In this document: positions 1-9,930 of the stretch, one piece after another
How the letters are laid out: every line of letters begins with the position of its first letter
How positions within the stretch are numbered: the first letter of the stretch is position 1
Assembly: GCA_965197865.1 (NCBI GenBank)
Contig: CBDANZ010000004.1
Coordinates: forward strand, 113,577-177,576
Direction of reading: 5' to 3'
Source of the DNA: Vicinamibacterales bacterium
GTDB lineage: Bacteria; Acidobacteriota; Vicinamibacteria; Vicinamibacterales; CAVVIG01
Length of the DNA: 64,000 nucleotides
Translations under genes and position numbers: made by a program
The notes under the pieces: model-generated
What the model was told of the DNA's origin: nothing
What the model saw: only the letters and a program-made list of their open reading frames with translations
Database searches by the model: none

Positions 1-492
1 ATCACCGCCGTGTTCCCGGACACGATCGTGCAGACCTGCATCGTGCACCTGATCCGGAATTCGATCCGCCTGGCGGCCTGGAAGGACCGCAAGCCCTTGG
101 TTCAGGCTCTGAAGCCGGTCTACCAGGCCGACGATGCCGCGACGGCCGAACAGGCGCTGGGCGCATTCGAAGGCGGCGAGTGGGGACGGCGTTTCCCGAC
201 CGTGGTCCAGAGCTGGCAGCGCCACTGGGACCGGATCATTCCGTTCTTCGCTTTCCCCGCGGCCGTGCGGAAGATCGTGTACACGACGAACGCGATCGAG
301 AGCCTGCACAGCGGCGTGCGCAAGAGCATCCGGAACAAAGGGCATTTCCCGAGCGACGAGGCCGCCACGAAACTCATCTGGCTGGCCTTGCGCCATCTCA
401 CGGCGAAGTGGAAGAATCCCCCGGTCGCCTGGGCGGCGGCCAGGGTACAATTCGCGATTCAGTTCGGCGATCGATTCAGGCTGGGGGACTAA
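1..492 (+). CDS. IS256-family (Mutator-type) transposase, C-terminal part, partial at window edge
   Basis: ORF 10..492 (frame open to nt 1) equals the C-terminal residues (..FPDTIVQTCIVHLIRNS...RFRLGD) of the 408-aa transposase at 23415..24641. Confidence 0.9.
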   Translation: MTAVFPDTIVQTCIVHLIRNSIRLAAWKDRKPLVQALKPVYQADDAATAEQALGAFEGGEWGRRFPTVVQSWQRHWDRIIPFFAFPAAVRKIVYTTNAIESLHSGVRKSIRNKGHFPSDEAATKLIWLALRHLTAKWKNPPVAWAAARVQFAIQFGDRFRLGD

Positions 493-532
493 CTAACGGC
501 AATAGCTCACACACAAAATTTCTGACACCCCC
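1..532 (+). mobile_element. IS256-family insertion sequence, copy 1 (3' part only; 5' end lies beyond the window edge)
   Basis: Reads the same as the 3' part of the complete copies (e.g. 23353..24681). Ends with the right IR ..GCTCACACACAAAATTTCTGACACCCCC at 532. Confidence 0.9.
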
Positions 533-955
533 GCCGACCCCGTCGTGATGCGACTGCGGACGATTCCCGGGATTGGGCTGTTGACCGCCACGGCCCTCGT
601 CGGCACCGTCGGGCACATCCACGCATTCCGGCGCGCGCGCCAGTTTGCCAGCTGGCTCGGCCTGACGCCGCGCGAGTACTCGAGTGGGCAGCGGCGGCGC
701 CTCGGGGGGATCAGTAAACGCGGGGACGTGTATCTCCGGTGCTTGCTCACCCACGGCGCGCGCGCGGTGCTCGCGTCGGCCCACCGGCGCCGGGCGGCCC
801 AGCAGCCCCTCACGCGTCTGCACCACTGGGCGATGACGGTGCACGCGCGGCGCGGCTACAACAAAGCCACGATTGCCGTGGCGAACAAACTCGGCCGACT
901 CGTTTGGGCGGTTTGGCACAAGGATGTGCCCTGCGCACTGCCGGACGCGGCGTAA
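533..955 (+). pseudogene. IS110-family transposase, C-terminal fragment cut by IS256 copy 1
   Basis: ORF 545..955: RTIPGIGLLTATALVGTVGHIHAFRRARQFASWLGLTPREYSSGQRRRLGGISKRGD is the conserved IS110 C-terminal region. The frame abuts the IS256 IR at 532, and the N-terminal catalytic half is absent. Confidence 0.8.
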
Positions 956-1267
956 CCCGAGCTACACCTCCACGCGAGATGCTGAGCGAGTGACCCTGAC
1001 ATGGCCCTTCGGTCCGACCGACACCGCATCAGGCCGATAGCAGCCCTGGCGCTCGACGCCGGCACCACGATTGGCCCGCGGTGCGCGACTATCCATGTTG
1101 GCCAGGAGGCAAAGGCTCTCCACGGACAGGCCGGATATACGACCGCAACCGACGCGAAGGACCGACCGTCACGACCCACTCGCTTGATCACCGGGAGGAG
1201 TCCATATACGGACTGCTAGAGGCGGCGCTCGCGCACCTTGCCGGCCGCTAACCCCGAGAGGACCACC

Positions 1268-1600
1268 ATGACACTTGCACGTCTATCCTTCGCTGCGCTC
1301 TTGTCGCTCTGTCTCACGGTTGCCGTCGCCCAGGCGCAAGCGCCCCAGGTCGACGCGCCCGCGCCCGACGCGCCGGCCGGCGCGTCCGTCCTGCATGTAC
1401 AGGACGAACCCGATCAGATCATCCGCGTCAACACGCGCATCCGGCACACCACCGTGATTCAACTGCCGGCCGCTGAGACCATTCTCGATTTCATTGTGGG
1501 GGATTCTGAATACTGGCACCTGACCGGCGCGGCCAATCTCGCGTTTCTGAAACCCATCGGCGAAGGCGTCAACACCAACGTCGCGCTCGTGCGCTCCACA
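1268..1600 (+). pseudogene. VirB9/TrbG-like conjugative T4SS protein, N-terminal fragment
   Basis: Signal peptide MTLARLSFAALLSLCLTVAVAQA, then IIRVNTRIRHTTVIQLPAAETILDFIVGDSEYWHLTGAANLAFLKPIGEGVNTNVALV, typical of the VirB9/TrbG N-domain. Similarity is lost near 1600 although ORF 1238..2236 stays open. Confidence 0.6.
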
Positions 1601-1987
1601 CCCGGACGGCCTACCTACACCCCCAACCGCCGCCATGACTCTGCATCTAACGCCACCTATCCACCGACACGACCCCGCCAATCTCGCCTCATGTTGTCTG
1701 CCATCAGCCCCGCTCCGCGGCGGCAGTCGGGTAGCGCGCACCGCACCGCGCCAGGACACGCCGCTTACCTTCGGTTCCTTTCACGTCCGTTGCCACTGCG
1801 CTCCCGTTCCTCCTGCCACCGCTCCCGCACGGCCTCCTGTCCGGGTCGCTCATCCCCTTCCGCCAGTTCATCAAACACAGGTTTGTTGGACCGCGGAACT
1901 GGCTCCGTGCTCCCAAACGGACATACTCTTACTACACACCCAACTGAGGAGAGACGGGCGCAGGGAAGCGCGTCGAAGGGCACGGTC

Positions 1988-2236
1988 ATGGGGGACATAC
2001 GGTTGTCGCTGTTCACAATCCCCGTCACGTTCGCTGATGGAAGCACCGGGGCAGCTAGGGCAGAAGGAAACAACGCAGCATGGCACTGCAGGTGCGGCGA
2101 GGAGATACCGCTCCTGGGTCGCTGTTACTTCCAGTTCGGCCACGACTGTCACACCGTTTGCCCTCACTGCGGATCGAGCTACCGAGTGCTGCGGGACGCC
2201 AACAAGAAGGCTCAGTCCGTTGAGGAGTTCACATAG
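1988..2236 (+). CDS. small Cys/His-rich (zinc-ribbon-like) hypothetical protein, 82 aa
   Basis: In-frame ATG at 1988 inside the chimeric ORF 1238..2236. Contains the cluster WHCRCG..x18..CHTVCPHCG. Visibly AT-richer than flanks. No family recognised. Confidence 0.4.
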   Translation: MGDIRLSLFTIPVTFADGSTGAARAEGNNAAWHCRCGEEIPLLGRCYFQFGHDCHTVCPHCGSSYRVLRDANKKAQSVEEFT

Positions 2237-2256
2237 GCTCACAACCGACGAGTCAA

Positions 2257-3686
2257 GGGGATGTCCCTCTAGCTGTTGAAATTTAAAGCGGCGGCTCCCT
2301 GCTGGTCGTGATAGACGGCCGGTGGGAAAACCTGGGGCTGAAGCCCCCAGAAAGGAGCCGCCATGAAGAAGTTTGGCACAGGCGTTCGTGGGCGCCAATC
2401 AGCATTGCCGGCACCACGGCACCTTCCATTGGTCGACATCCTGGTCGATGCACAGGCCGAGCTCCAAGAGCTGGTCGTCGCGTCGGGCCTGAAGGTCCTC
2501 GCGGCGATGTTGGAAGCGGATCGCGTGGCCGTGTGCGGTCCGCGGTATGCGCATCAGCCCGCGCGGCGGGCGTCTCGGGCGGGCCATGCGCCCAGCGAAG
2601 TCGTGCTGGGGGGCCGCAAGGTCGCCCTGCGTCGGCCGCGGGTGCGGCGCGACGGGCAGGAGGTCGCGCTGCCATCCGTCCAGGCCTGTACGAACACGGA
2701 TCCGCTCACCCGGCGCGTGGTCGAACAGATGCTCATCGGCGTGGCCACGCGCCAGTATGGCCGGAGTCTAGAACCGCTGGGGGCCGACGTCCGCACGCGG
2801 GGCACAAGCAAGAGTGCCGTGAGTCGGCGGTTTGTGGCGCAGACGCAGGCGCAACTCGATGCGTGGCGGGCAACGCCGCTCGACGACCTCGAGCTGGTGG
2901 CGCTACTGATCGATGGGGTCCACGTCGGCGGCCACTGCATCGTCGTGGCGCTGGGCCTCGATAAAACGGGCGCCAAACACCCGCTGGGCCTCTGGGAAGG
3001 GTCAGCGGAGAACACGACCGTGTGTCAGGGCTTGCTGACCAATCTGCAGAGCCGTGGGCTGCGGACCGACCGCAGTCTGCTCGTCATCCTCGATGGAGCG
3101 CAAGCGCTCCACACTGCGGTGATGCAGACCTTCGGCCCCGCAGCCCTGGTACAACGATGCCAGGTGCATAAACGGCGCAACGTGCTCGAGTATCTGCCCG
3201 AGGCCCAGCGTCCGTGGGTGAAGGCGACCCTCACGCGCGCCTATACGCACACCGACATCAAGGCGGCCCGGCGCTTGTTGCAGGACTTGGCCCGGCGGGT
3301 GGACATCGATTATCCGAGTGCAGCCGCCAGCATACGGGAAGGGCTCGACGAGACGCTCACCGTAGTCGAGTTGCCGCTCTCGGAGCGGCTCCGCCGATCG
3401 CTGGCGACGACCAACGCCGTCGAGAGCCTCCTGAGCCGGACACGCCACGTGAAGCGGAACGTGAAACGCTGGCGCGGGGGTACGATGGTGCTCCGCTGGG
3501 TCGCTGCCGGTGTGCTGGAAGCGGCCAAAGGATTCCGGCGGGTGAAGGGGTGTAAGGACATGCCCGTGCTGGTCGCCGCGTTGCGAGCACGTGACGCTCA
3601 GCTGGGGCTCGATGAATCGTCGGGGATGGTTGCGTAGTCGTCACCCGAGCCGCCGCTGAATTTCAACAGCGGATGGGACAAGCCCC
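2257..3686 (+). mobile_element. IS256-family IS, type 2, complete (1430 bp)
   Basis: Left IR GGGGATGTCCCTCTAGCTGTTGAAATTTAAAGCGGCGGCTCC; right end CGAGCCGCCGCTGAATTTCAACAGCGGATGGGACAAGCCCC. Flanked by the direct repeat GAGTCAA (2250..2256 and 3687..3693). A second copy starts at 63695. Confidence 0.85.
2363..3637 (+). CDS. IS256-family transposase (type 2), 424 aa
   Basis: AGGAG RBS before the ATG. Mutator-type features: LLIDGVHVGGHCIVVALGLD, CQVHKRRNVLEYLP, TTNAVESLLS. Confidence 0.88.
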   Translation: MKKFGTGVRGRQSALPAPRHLPLVDILVDAQAELQELVVASGLKVLAAMLEADRVAVCGPRYAHQPARRASRAGHAPSEVVLGGRKVALRRPRVRRDGQEVALPSVQACTNTDPLTRRVVEQMLIGVATRQYGRSLEPLGADVRTRGTSKSAVSRRFVAQTQAQLDAWRATPLDDLELVALLIDGVHVGGHCIVVALGLDKTGAKHPLGLWEGSAENTTVCQGLLTNLQSRGLRTDRSLLVILDGAQALHTAVMQTFGPAALVQRCQVHKRRNVLEYLPEAQRPWVKATLTRAYTHTDIKAARRLLQDLARRVDIDYPSAAASIREGLDETLTVVELPLSERLRRSLATTNAVESLLSRTRHVKRNVKRWRGGTMVLRWVAAGVLEAAKGFRRVKGCKDMPVLVAALRARDAQLGLDESSGMVA

Positions 3687-3705
3687 GAGTCAATGCCATT
3701 CGTAG

Positions 3706-4509
3706 TTGAAAGTCTGGACACCCACGGTTACAGATGTGTCCAGCGAGGTCGGAATTTCCTACAGCTTTGAGAAGATAATGCCCGTTAAGGCGATCCACAC
3801 ATTTTGTCAAGACGACGCGACACGAATATACGCCTGGGCTCGGTACGTCTTCTGGGCTGAAGTTGAAGGCCAGCAGTATGACACGTACGAGCTTGTGGAA
3901 GACGAGTCGCCGCTTGGAGCAGGCACCGTATTGATGCTGCACTTCTATTCGGCTTTGTGGGTGGCCATAGAGGCGTGGCGCAAGTGTCCATTGACGGACG
4001 AAACGATTGACGAACTGCTTACCGATCCTGCGTGCGAGCAGAACGTTCAGTTGTTGCGTCGGTTCCGAAACGGTGTCTATCACTACCAGCCCGATCTGAT
4101 CAATGAGCGCGTGTTGGCGTTCTTTCGAGAGGGCGAGCATGCGGCCATATGGGCGTTTCTGCTCCGTGGTGAATTCAAGCGTGTCGTTTGGGAGATGGCA
4201 CATCCTCCTGGTATCAACCCGAAGTCTCAAGATGAACTCGCAGACGCGATTCACGGCATTGTTGGTTGGCTCCCAGCAGACATAGCAGAGGCGGCTCCCC
4301 ACAGAGCCGGCAAACAGTATCGGGAGACAGCAGAGATGATCATGAAAAGCAGAGATCGGAATACTGCCGAAGCGAAGGAATTACTCGCTGCAGTCAACCA
4401 CGTTCGGTCGGTCGCGCACGAGGTGAGTTCGGATTGGAGCCGGCAAAAGCGCGCGATGATTGAAGCACTGAAAAGACAGAAGCGCGACTCGCTCGCCGGC
4501 GCCACCTAA
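3706..4509 (+). CDS. hypothetical protein with a candidate HEPN-type R-x4-H motif
   Basis: 267-codon ORF from TTG 3706 (first ATG at 3778); AT-richer than flanks. LLRRFRNGVYHYQ contains RNGVYH (R-x4-H). No other recognisable domain. Confidence 0.5.
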   Translation: MKVWTPTVTDVSSEVGISYSFEKIMPVKAIHTFCQDDATRIYAWARYVFWAEVEGQQYDTYELVEDESPLGAGTVLMLHFYSALWVAIEAWRKCPLTDETIDELLTDPACEQNVQLLRRFRNGVYHYQPDLINERVLAFFREGEHAAIWAFLLRGEFKRVVWEMAHPPGINPKSQDELADAIHGIVGWLPADIAEAAPHRAGKQYRETAEMIMKSRDRNTAEAKELLAAVNHVRSVAHEVSSDWSRQKRAMIEALKRQKRDSLAGAT

Positions 4510-4528
4510 CACGGCATGCACCAGACGG

Positions 4529-4762
4529 GGGGATGTCCCACTGACTGTTGAAAATTGAAGCGGCGGCTCCGTCACTGCTCGTAGTACACGAGTGGTGACC
4601 AAACCGAGGCAACACGCCTCACAGCAAAGGAGCCGCCATGAAGAAGTCTCGCACAGCCGGTCCGTCTCGCGTTGTTGCATCTCCCACCGTCCGATCCCTC
4701 CCGCTCGTGGACGTCCTGGTGGACACGAAGGCCGCGCTCTTCGAGTTGATGATGCAGTCGGG
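4529..4762 (+). pseudogene. left end and first 42 codons of a type-2-related IS256-family element, truncated by IS3
   Basis: IR GGGGATGTCCCACTGACTGTTGAAAATTGAAGCGGCGGCTCC, then MKKSRTAGPSRVVASPTVRSLPLVDVLVDTKAALFELMMQSG (compare MKKFGTG..LPLVDILVDAQAELQELV at 2363). Cut at 4762 by the IS3 IR. Confidence 0.75.
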
Positions 4763-4801
4763 TGAACCGTACCGGGTTTCTCGGAGACTGGATTCATTGA
4801 A

Positions 4802-5698
4802 TCAGGCCACCTTGGCCTGCTCATAGTACTGCGCTTCAAACTCCGCCGGCGGCACGTCTCCAATCGGTCCCAGCAACCGCCGCATGTTGAACCAATCCAC
4901 CCACTCCAGCGTGGCGAATTCCACGGCCTCGAGCGTGCGCCACGGCCCTCGTCGTCGAATCACCTCCGTCTTGTAGAGTCCGATCACCGACTCGGCGAGG
5001 GCGTTATCGAACGCATCGCCTTGGCTCCCGACCGATGGCGCAATGCCGGCGGCCGCGAGACGATCCGTGTACCGCATCGAAAGATACTGCGTGCCGCGAT
5101 CGCTGTGATGCACGAGGCTGGTCAGCGCGTCGCCGCGGCGCGCGTAGATGGCCTGCTCCAAGGCGTCGAGCACGAAGTCCGTGCGCATCGAGGCCGACAC
5201 CCGCCAGCCCACGATGCGCCGCGCGAAGACGTCGATCACGAACGCCACGTAGGTGAACCCACCCCAGGTCGCCACGTAGGTGAAGTCTGAGACCCAGAGC
5301 TGATTCGGACGGGTCGCCACGAACTGGCGATCGACGAGATCTGCGGGCCGGCTGCCATTGCCCGCGTGCGTGGTCGTGATCCACGCGCGCCCACGCCCCG
5401 CGCCTTCCAGGCCCATCGCCCGCATCAGCCGACCCACCGTGCCTCGTGCCACGCAGAACCCTTCGCGACGCAGCTGTTTCCAGACCTTGCGCGGCCCGTA
5501 CACCTGATGATGCTCGTCATACACCCGCTGAATCTCCGGGCGCAGCGCATCATCGCGTTGTGCCCGGGCCGAGCGACGCGTCGGATCGACCTGCGCCGCC
5601 CGATGGCGGTGATACGTCGAGGGGGCGATCGGCAGCACGGTGCAGATCGGCTCGACCCCGTACTGATCCCGATGGTCGTGAATGAAGCGAACCATCAC
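4802..5698 (-). CDS. IS3-family transposase OrfB (rve/DDE core), 298 aa
   Basis: [10 protein letters not shown] and [15 protein letters not shown]. The start (GTGATG) overlaps the orfA stop. Confidence 0.9.
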   Translation of the reverse strand: MMVRFIHDHRDQYGVEPICTVLPIAPSTYHRHRAAQVDPTRRSARAQRDDALRPEIQRVYDEHHQVYGPRKVWKQLRREGFCVARGTVGRLMRAMGLEGAGRGRAWITTTHAGNGSRPADLVDRQFVATRPNQLWVSDFTYVATWGGFTYVAFVIDVFARRIVGWRVSASMRTDFVLDALEQAIYARRGDALTSLVHHSDRGTQYLSMRYTDRLAAAGIAPSVGSQGDAFDNALAESVIGLYKTEVIRRRGPWRTLEAVEFATLEWVDWFNMRRLLGPIGDVPPAEFEAQYYEQAKVA

Positions 5699-6024
5699 TT
5701 CCCGCGGCGGTCGAGCTCCGCCTGGGCAAAATACGCGGACGCCTTCCGCAGGATCTCGTTCGCCCGCTTCAGCTCGCGAACCTCGCGCTCCAGTTCCTTG
5801 AGGCGCTCTCGCTCGCTCGTCGTCAACCCTGGGCGATAGCCGGCGTCACGCTGTGCCTGGCGTACCCACTTCCGTAGCGTCTCGGCCGTGCAGCCAAGCT
5901 TCGGCGCCACCGACTGCAACACGCCCCACTCCGACGCGTGGGTGGCGCGATGCTCCTCGACCATTCGAACCGCGCGCTCACGCACCTCCGGAGAAAACCG
6001 ACTTGGACGTCCCATAGACCCCAT
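5695..6024 (-). CDS. IS3-family transposase OrfA (HTH), 109 aa
   Basis: [23 protein letters not shown], followed by a leucine-zipper-like [25 protein letters not shown]. Confidence 0.9.
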   Translation of the reverse strand: MGSMGRPSRFSPEVRERAVRMVEEHRATHASEWGVLQSVAPKLGCTAETLRKWVRQAQRDAGYRPGLTTSERERLKELEREVRELKRANEILRKASAYFAQAELDRRGK

Positions 6025-6149
6025 CCTCCCAAGTAATGAGGTCTCCGAGAAACCCGGTACGGTTCACGCAGCTGCTCTACGAACTCGACGATCAGGATTG
6101 AATTATTGGCCGCCGACGTCTCAACTTGACGGCGCCCACGGCAGTGATC

Positions 6150-8414
6150 TCAGCCGTCAATCGCGGCGTGCGGTGACCCCGTCGAAGGTTGTAACGTCGA
6201 TCGTCGAAAGGAATGCCCTGTTTTCAGTCCGGCGACGAACACGACGAGAGCGACGGCTCCCACGAAAAACACCGTGTCTCCGGGTATGCGCATCCAGCGC
6301 AGGGTTTGCATGAGATCGGTCTGCATGAACTCGCTGCTTCGTGCATACCAGTACCCGTGTTCGACCGACGCCCACGTCTGCATCAACCCCACGGGCAGCA
6401 GACTCAACACACACATCGCCAGCAAGCCGCCATTCAACGCCCAGAACGACACCCGCAGCCAGCCGTCTTTCCATGCACGACCGGGGACCAGGACGCGTAG
6501 ACAGAGCAGCATCAGGCCGATGCCCAGCATGCCGTACACCCCAAACAAGGCCGCATGAGCGTGGAGCGGTGTCGTGTTGAGCCCTTGCATGTAGTAGAGG
6601 GCAATAGGCGGGTTGATCATGAAGCCGAACAGCCCCGCTCCCACCATGTTCCAGAACGCCACCGCGACGAAAAAGTAGATCGGCCACTTGTAGCGCTGCA
6701 CCCACGGAGAGCTCTTCGATCGCCGCAGGTCGGCCATGGCATCGAAGCCGACCAAACACAACGGGACGACTTCCAGTGCACTAAACACCGATCCCCAGGC
6801 GAGCGCCACCGTGGGCGTGCCGGAGAAGTAGAGGTGATGACAGGTGCCAATGATGCCGCCCGACAGAAAGATCGTGGCTGACAGCAGCGCAGCCGATGCC
6901 GCCACGCCTGGGCGAACAAGATGCAGTCGCATGAAAATGAAGGCAATCACCGTGGTGGCAAAGACTTCAAAGAACCCTTCCACCCACAAGTGCACGACCC
7001 ACCACCGCCAATACTCGACTATTGAAAGCGGCGTATGGTGTCCCCAGGTCAGTCCCGCGCCGTAGAACAGGGCAATGGCAGCGGTCGACACTGCGAGCAG
7101 GGTGACGAGTTGTTTCTGTTCCCCCGGCTGGCGCAAGGCCGGGCGTAAGACGCGCAGCATCAAAAAGAGCCATAGCAAGAGGCCCGCAAATAAGGCGAGT
7201 TGCCACGCGCGTCCTAAGTCCACGTATTCGTAGCCCTGATGGCCGAAGTAGAACGACACGGTGTCGGACATCGTGTTCTGGATGCTCAGCCATTCGCCGG
7301 CCAACGACCCCACGACGACCAGCAACAAGGCGCCGAACAACACGTTGACACCCAGCCGTTGCCCTCGTGGTTCCTGCTCGCTCACCAAGGGGCCAATGAA
7401 CAGCCCGGCGGCCAACCACGCGGTGGCGATCCAGAAGAGTCCCGTCTGGATGTGCCACGTGCGAGTCACGCTGTACGGCAACCACTCGGACAGTGGGACA
7501 CCATAGAACCCATCTCCCTCCACGCCGTAGTGCGCCGTGATGACGCCGAGCAGCATTTGCACCAGGATCAAGGCAGCGACCACCCCGAAGTACTTGATCG
7601 TGGCGCGCTGCGAGGGCGTGGCGTCCCAGCGAGCCAACGGATCGATCGCTGGGGGGACGGGTTCATCCTCGTCACGTCGGCGAGACGCATACCACCACGC
7701 CATCGCGGAGATGCCGGCCAGCAGCATGATGATGCTCACGCCAGTCCACACCACAGCCTCTCCTGTGGCACGGTTCCCGACCAGCGGCTCGTAGGGCCAG
7801 TTGCTGGTGTACGTGATGTCATCGTCAGGCCGATTCGTGGACGCCGCCCACGATGTCCAGAAGAAGAACGCGGCGAGCCGACGCAAGCGATCGGGGTCCG
7901 TGACCGCGCCGGCCGGGATGGCATAGTCAGTCCGCCCGTTCGTAAATACGGTCGAATAGTGGCCGAGGTTGGACGCAAAGGCGTCGGCGCGAATGGGATC
8001 GACGGTGATGGTGTTCGTTGTGGGATCGTAGGTGTTGGTGCGCATCAGTGTTGACACACGACCGGTCAACAGCCCCTGCCGCTCTCCCTCCAACTGGTCA
8101 AAATTCGCGCCGAACTCCGCCTGCGCCCACCGGTTGAGAATGAAGAGTGCTTCGCGGTGCAGCCAATCTGCCGTCCAGTCAGGTGCGACGTAACTGCCAT
8201 GGCCCCAGATGGAACCCACTTCCATGCCACCGAGCGCTTGCCAGACATTCTGCCCCGCCGCGATGTCGCCATCCTCGATGACGACCGTGCCCTCCGTGGT
8301 GAGCACCGTCACAGCAATCGGCGGGGCTTCTTGATAGATGCGAGTGCCGATCCAGCCGAGGACCGTAAACGACACGACGATCACCAGAGCAAACGATATC
8401 CACAGGCGTTTCAT
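6150..8414 (-). CDS. norB: quinol-dependent nitric oxide reductase (qNOR, single-subunit NorB/NorZ type), 754 aa
   Basis: N-terminal TM helix and soluble domain (WGHGSYVAPDW) fused to a multi-TM heme-copper-oxidase subunit-I-like core (HHLYFSG, HAHAALFGVYG). The length and N-terminal extension fit qNOR rather than cNorB. Confidence 0.85.
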   Translation of the reverse strand: MKRLWISFALVIVVSFTVLGWIGTRIYQEAPPIAVTVLTTEGTVVIEDGDIAAGQNVWQALGGMEVGSIWGHGSYVAPDWTADWLHREALFILNRWAQAEFGANFDQLEGERQGLLTGRVSTLMRTNTYDPTTNTITVDPIRADAFASNLGHYSTVFTNGRTDYAIPAGAVTDPDRLRRLAAFFFWTSWAASTNRPDDDITYTSNWPYEPLVGNRATGEAVVWTGVSIIMLLAGISAMAWWYASRRRDEDEPVPPAIDPLARWDATPSQRATIKYFGVVAALILVQMLLGVITAHYGVEGDGFYGVPLSEWLPYSVTRTWHIQTGLFWIATAWLAAGLFIGPLVSEQEPRGQRLGVNVLFGALLLVVVGSLAGEWLSIQNTMSDTVSFYFGHQGYEYVDLGRAWQLALFAGLLLWLFLMLRVLRPALRQPGEQKQLVTLLAVSTAAIALFYGAGLTWGHHTPLSIVEYWRWWVVHLWVEGFFEVFATTVIAFIFMRLHLVRPGVAASAALLSATIFLSGGIIGTCHHLYFSGTPTVALAWGSVFSALEVVPLCLVGFDAMADLRRSKSSPWVQRYKWPIYFFVAVAFWNMVGAGLFGFMINPPIALYYMQGLNTTPLHAHAALFGVYGMLGIGLMLLCLRVLVPGRAWKDGWLRVSFWALNGGLLAMCVLSLLPVGLMQTWASVEHGYWYARSSEFMQTDLMQTLRWMRIPGDTVFFVGAVALVVFVAGLKTGHSFRRSTLQPSTGSPHAAIDG

Positions 8415-8620
8415 CTCGATCCTCGTCTCTGATGGTTAGGCTTCGCTGGCCTTTGACCTGCTGTTGTCGATTTCGGAAATGCTCCATGAGCTATCGAACC
8501 CGGGATTTCCATTTTGACGGTCCAAGCCCCAGACCCCATATATACCCACGGCGTTCCCACCTGGCCACCTACGCTCATAGTCCACTGGTCGGAAGTGTCC
8601 TAAACGACCGTTTACGACAC

Positions 8621-9040
8621 ATGCTGATCGGCTACGCCCGCGTCTGAAAGGCGGACGGCTCCCAGTCGCTGGACCTGCAGCGCAACGCACTGCAGGCCAC
8701 GGGCGTCGACGCGGTCCACGTTTACCACGACTGCGCGTCCGGCGCTCGCGACGACCACCCGGGGTTCGACAGCTGCGTGCGCGCGCTCCGGACTGGCGAC
8801 GTGCTCGTCGTCTGGAAGCTCGATCGCCTCGGCCGCACCCGCACCCACCTGGTCAACACCGTGCAGGACCTGTCGGCCCGCGGCGTGGGCCTGCGGGTGC
8901 TCACCGGGCAAGGCGCGTAGATCGACACCACCACGGCGACCGGCCGCCTCGTGTTCGGCATCTTCGCGGCGCTGGCCTAGTTCGAGCGGGAGTTGATCCG
9001 CGAACGCACCCTGGCCGGGCTGACGGCCGCGCGGACGCCG
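8621..9040 (+). pseudogene. serine recombinase (resolvase/invertase) with three in-frame stops
   Basis: MLIGYARV*KADGSQSLDLQ..VLVVWKLDRLGRT..LTGQGA*IDTTTATGRLVFGIFAALA*FERELIRERT. Stops are TGA at 8645 and TAG at 8918 and 8978. The HTH part is degenerate or lost before the IS6 at 9099. Confidence 0.85.
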
Positions 9041-9098
9041 TCCCTGCTTCGTGGCTGCCATCGTGGACATCGTATCCGTCCCTCCATACGTGTCCACG

Positions 9099-9930
9099 GG
9101 ATGTGTTGCAACTTTGGCTGGCGGCGGGCTGGTAGCCTGAAGACATCATGAAGCAGGCAATCCGACCGGCAATGTTCAAGTGGCGACAGACGGCTCCGGA
9201 GCTGATTCTTTGCGCCGTGCGCTGGTATCTGCGGTACTCACTCTCGCTCCGCGATGTCGAAGAGCTCCTCGGTGAACGCGGCCTGATGGCTGACCACACG
9301 ACGATCTGGCGATGGATTCAGCGCTACGGGCCGGAACTTGAGCAGAGGCTGCGCCGGCATCTCAAGCCAACCAACAAATCCTGGCGTGTTGATGAAACCT
9401 ATGTTCGAGTCAAGGGCGGCTGGTGCTACTTGTATCGTGCTATTGATTCCACAGGCGCCACCATCGACTTCGTCCTGTCAGCGCTCCGCGATGCCGCAGC
9501 GGCCAGACGACTGTTTCGCAAAGCGCTCAGCGATCCATCGCATCCGCAGCCCCGCGTCATCAACACCGATCAGGCCCGCCTCTACGGCTCGGCGATTCCA
9601 GCAGTGCAAGAGGAAGGCACCCTGCGCTCCCGCTGCCGACAGCGGCCAGTCCAATACTTGAATAATATCCTGGAGCAGGACCATCGAGCGATCAAACGAC
9701 GGGTGAAGGCCAAACAGGGGTTTCGCGAGTTTCACGCGGCGCGGCGAACCATCCAAGGCTACGAGGCCATGCACATGATGCGGAAGGGACAGGCGAGGTG
9801 GGTGAGCGGTTCGGACGTCCGGCGACAGATTCAGTTCATCCACAAGCTGTTCGAAGTGGCGGCATGAGACGAAGCCGGGTCGACTCGACCAATCGCGCTC
9901 TTTTCGCTTTTTGAAGGTTGCAACACATCC
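9099..9930 (+). mobile_element. IS6-family IS, type A copy 1 (~832 bp)
   Basis: Terminal IRs GGATGTGTTGCAAC (starting at 9099) and GTTGCAACACATCC (ending at 9930). Confidence 0.85.
9148..9867 (+). CDS. IS6-family transposase, 239 aa
   Basis: WRVDETYVRVKGGWCYLYRAID, VINTDQARLYG, NNILEQDHRAIKRR. Confidence 0.9.
   Translation: MKQAIRPAMFKWRQTAPELILCAVRWYLRYSLSLRDVEELLGERGLMADHTTIWRWIQRYGPELEQRLRRHLKPTNKSWRVDETYVRVKGGWCYLYRAIDSTGATIDFVLSALRDAAAARRLFRKALSDPSHPQPRVINTDQARLYGSAIPAVQEEGTLRSRCRQRPVQYLNNILEQDHRAIKRRVKAKQGFREFHAARRTIQGYEAMHMMRKGQARWVSGSDVRRQIQFIHKLFEVAA

Larger units (their letters stand above)
4763..6066 (-). mobile_element. IS3-family IS, copy A (1304 bp)
   Basis: Perfect 26-bp terminal IRs TGAACCGTACCGGGTTTCTCGGAGAC at 4763..4788 and, inverted, at 6041..6066. 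A near-identical copy lies at 46880..48183. No matching flanking duplication. Confidence 0.9.

Noticed and set aside
1238-2236. 332-aa ORF as a single gene.
   Set aside because: It is chimeric. Only the first ~110 residues look like VirB9/TrbG, the middle is Ser/Arg/Pro-rich junk, and the last 82 codons behave as a separate small ORF with its own ATG.
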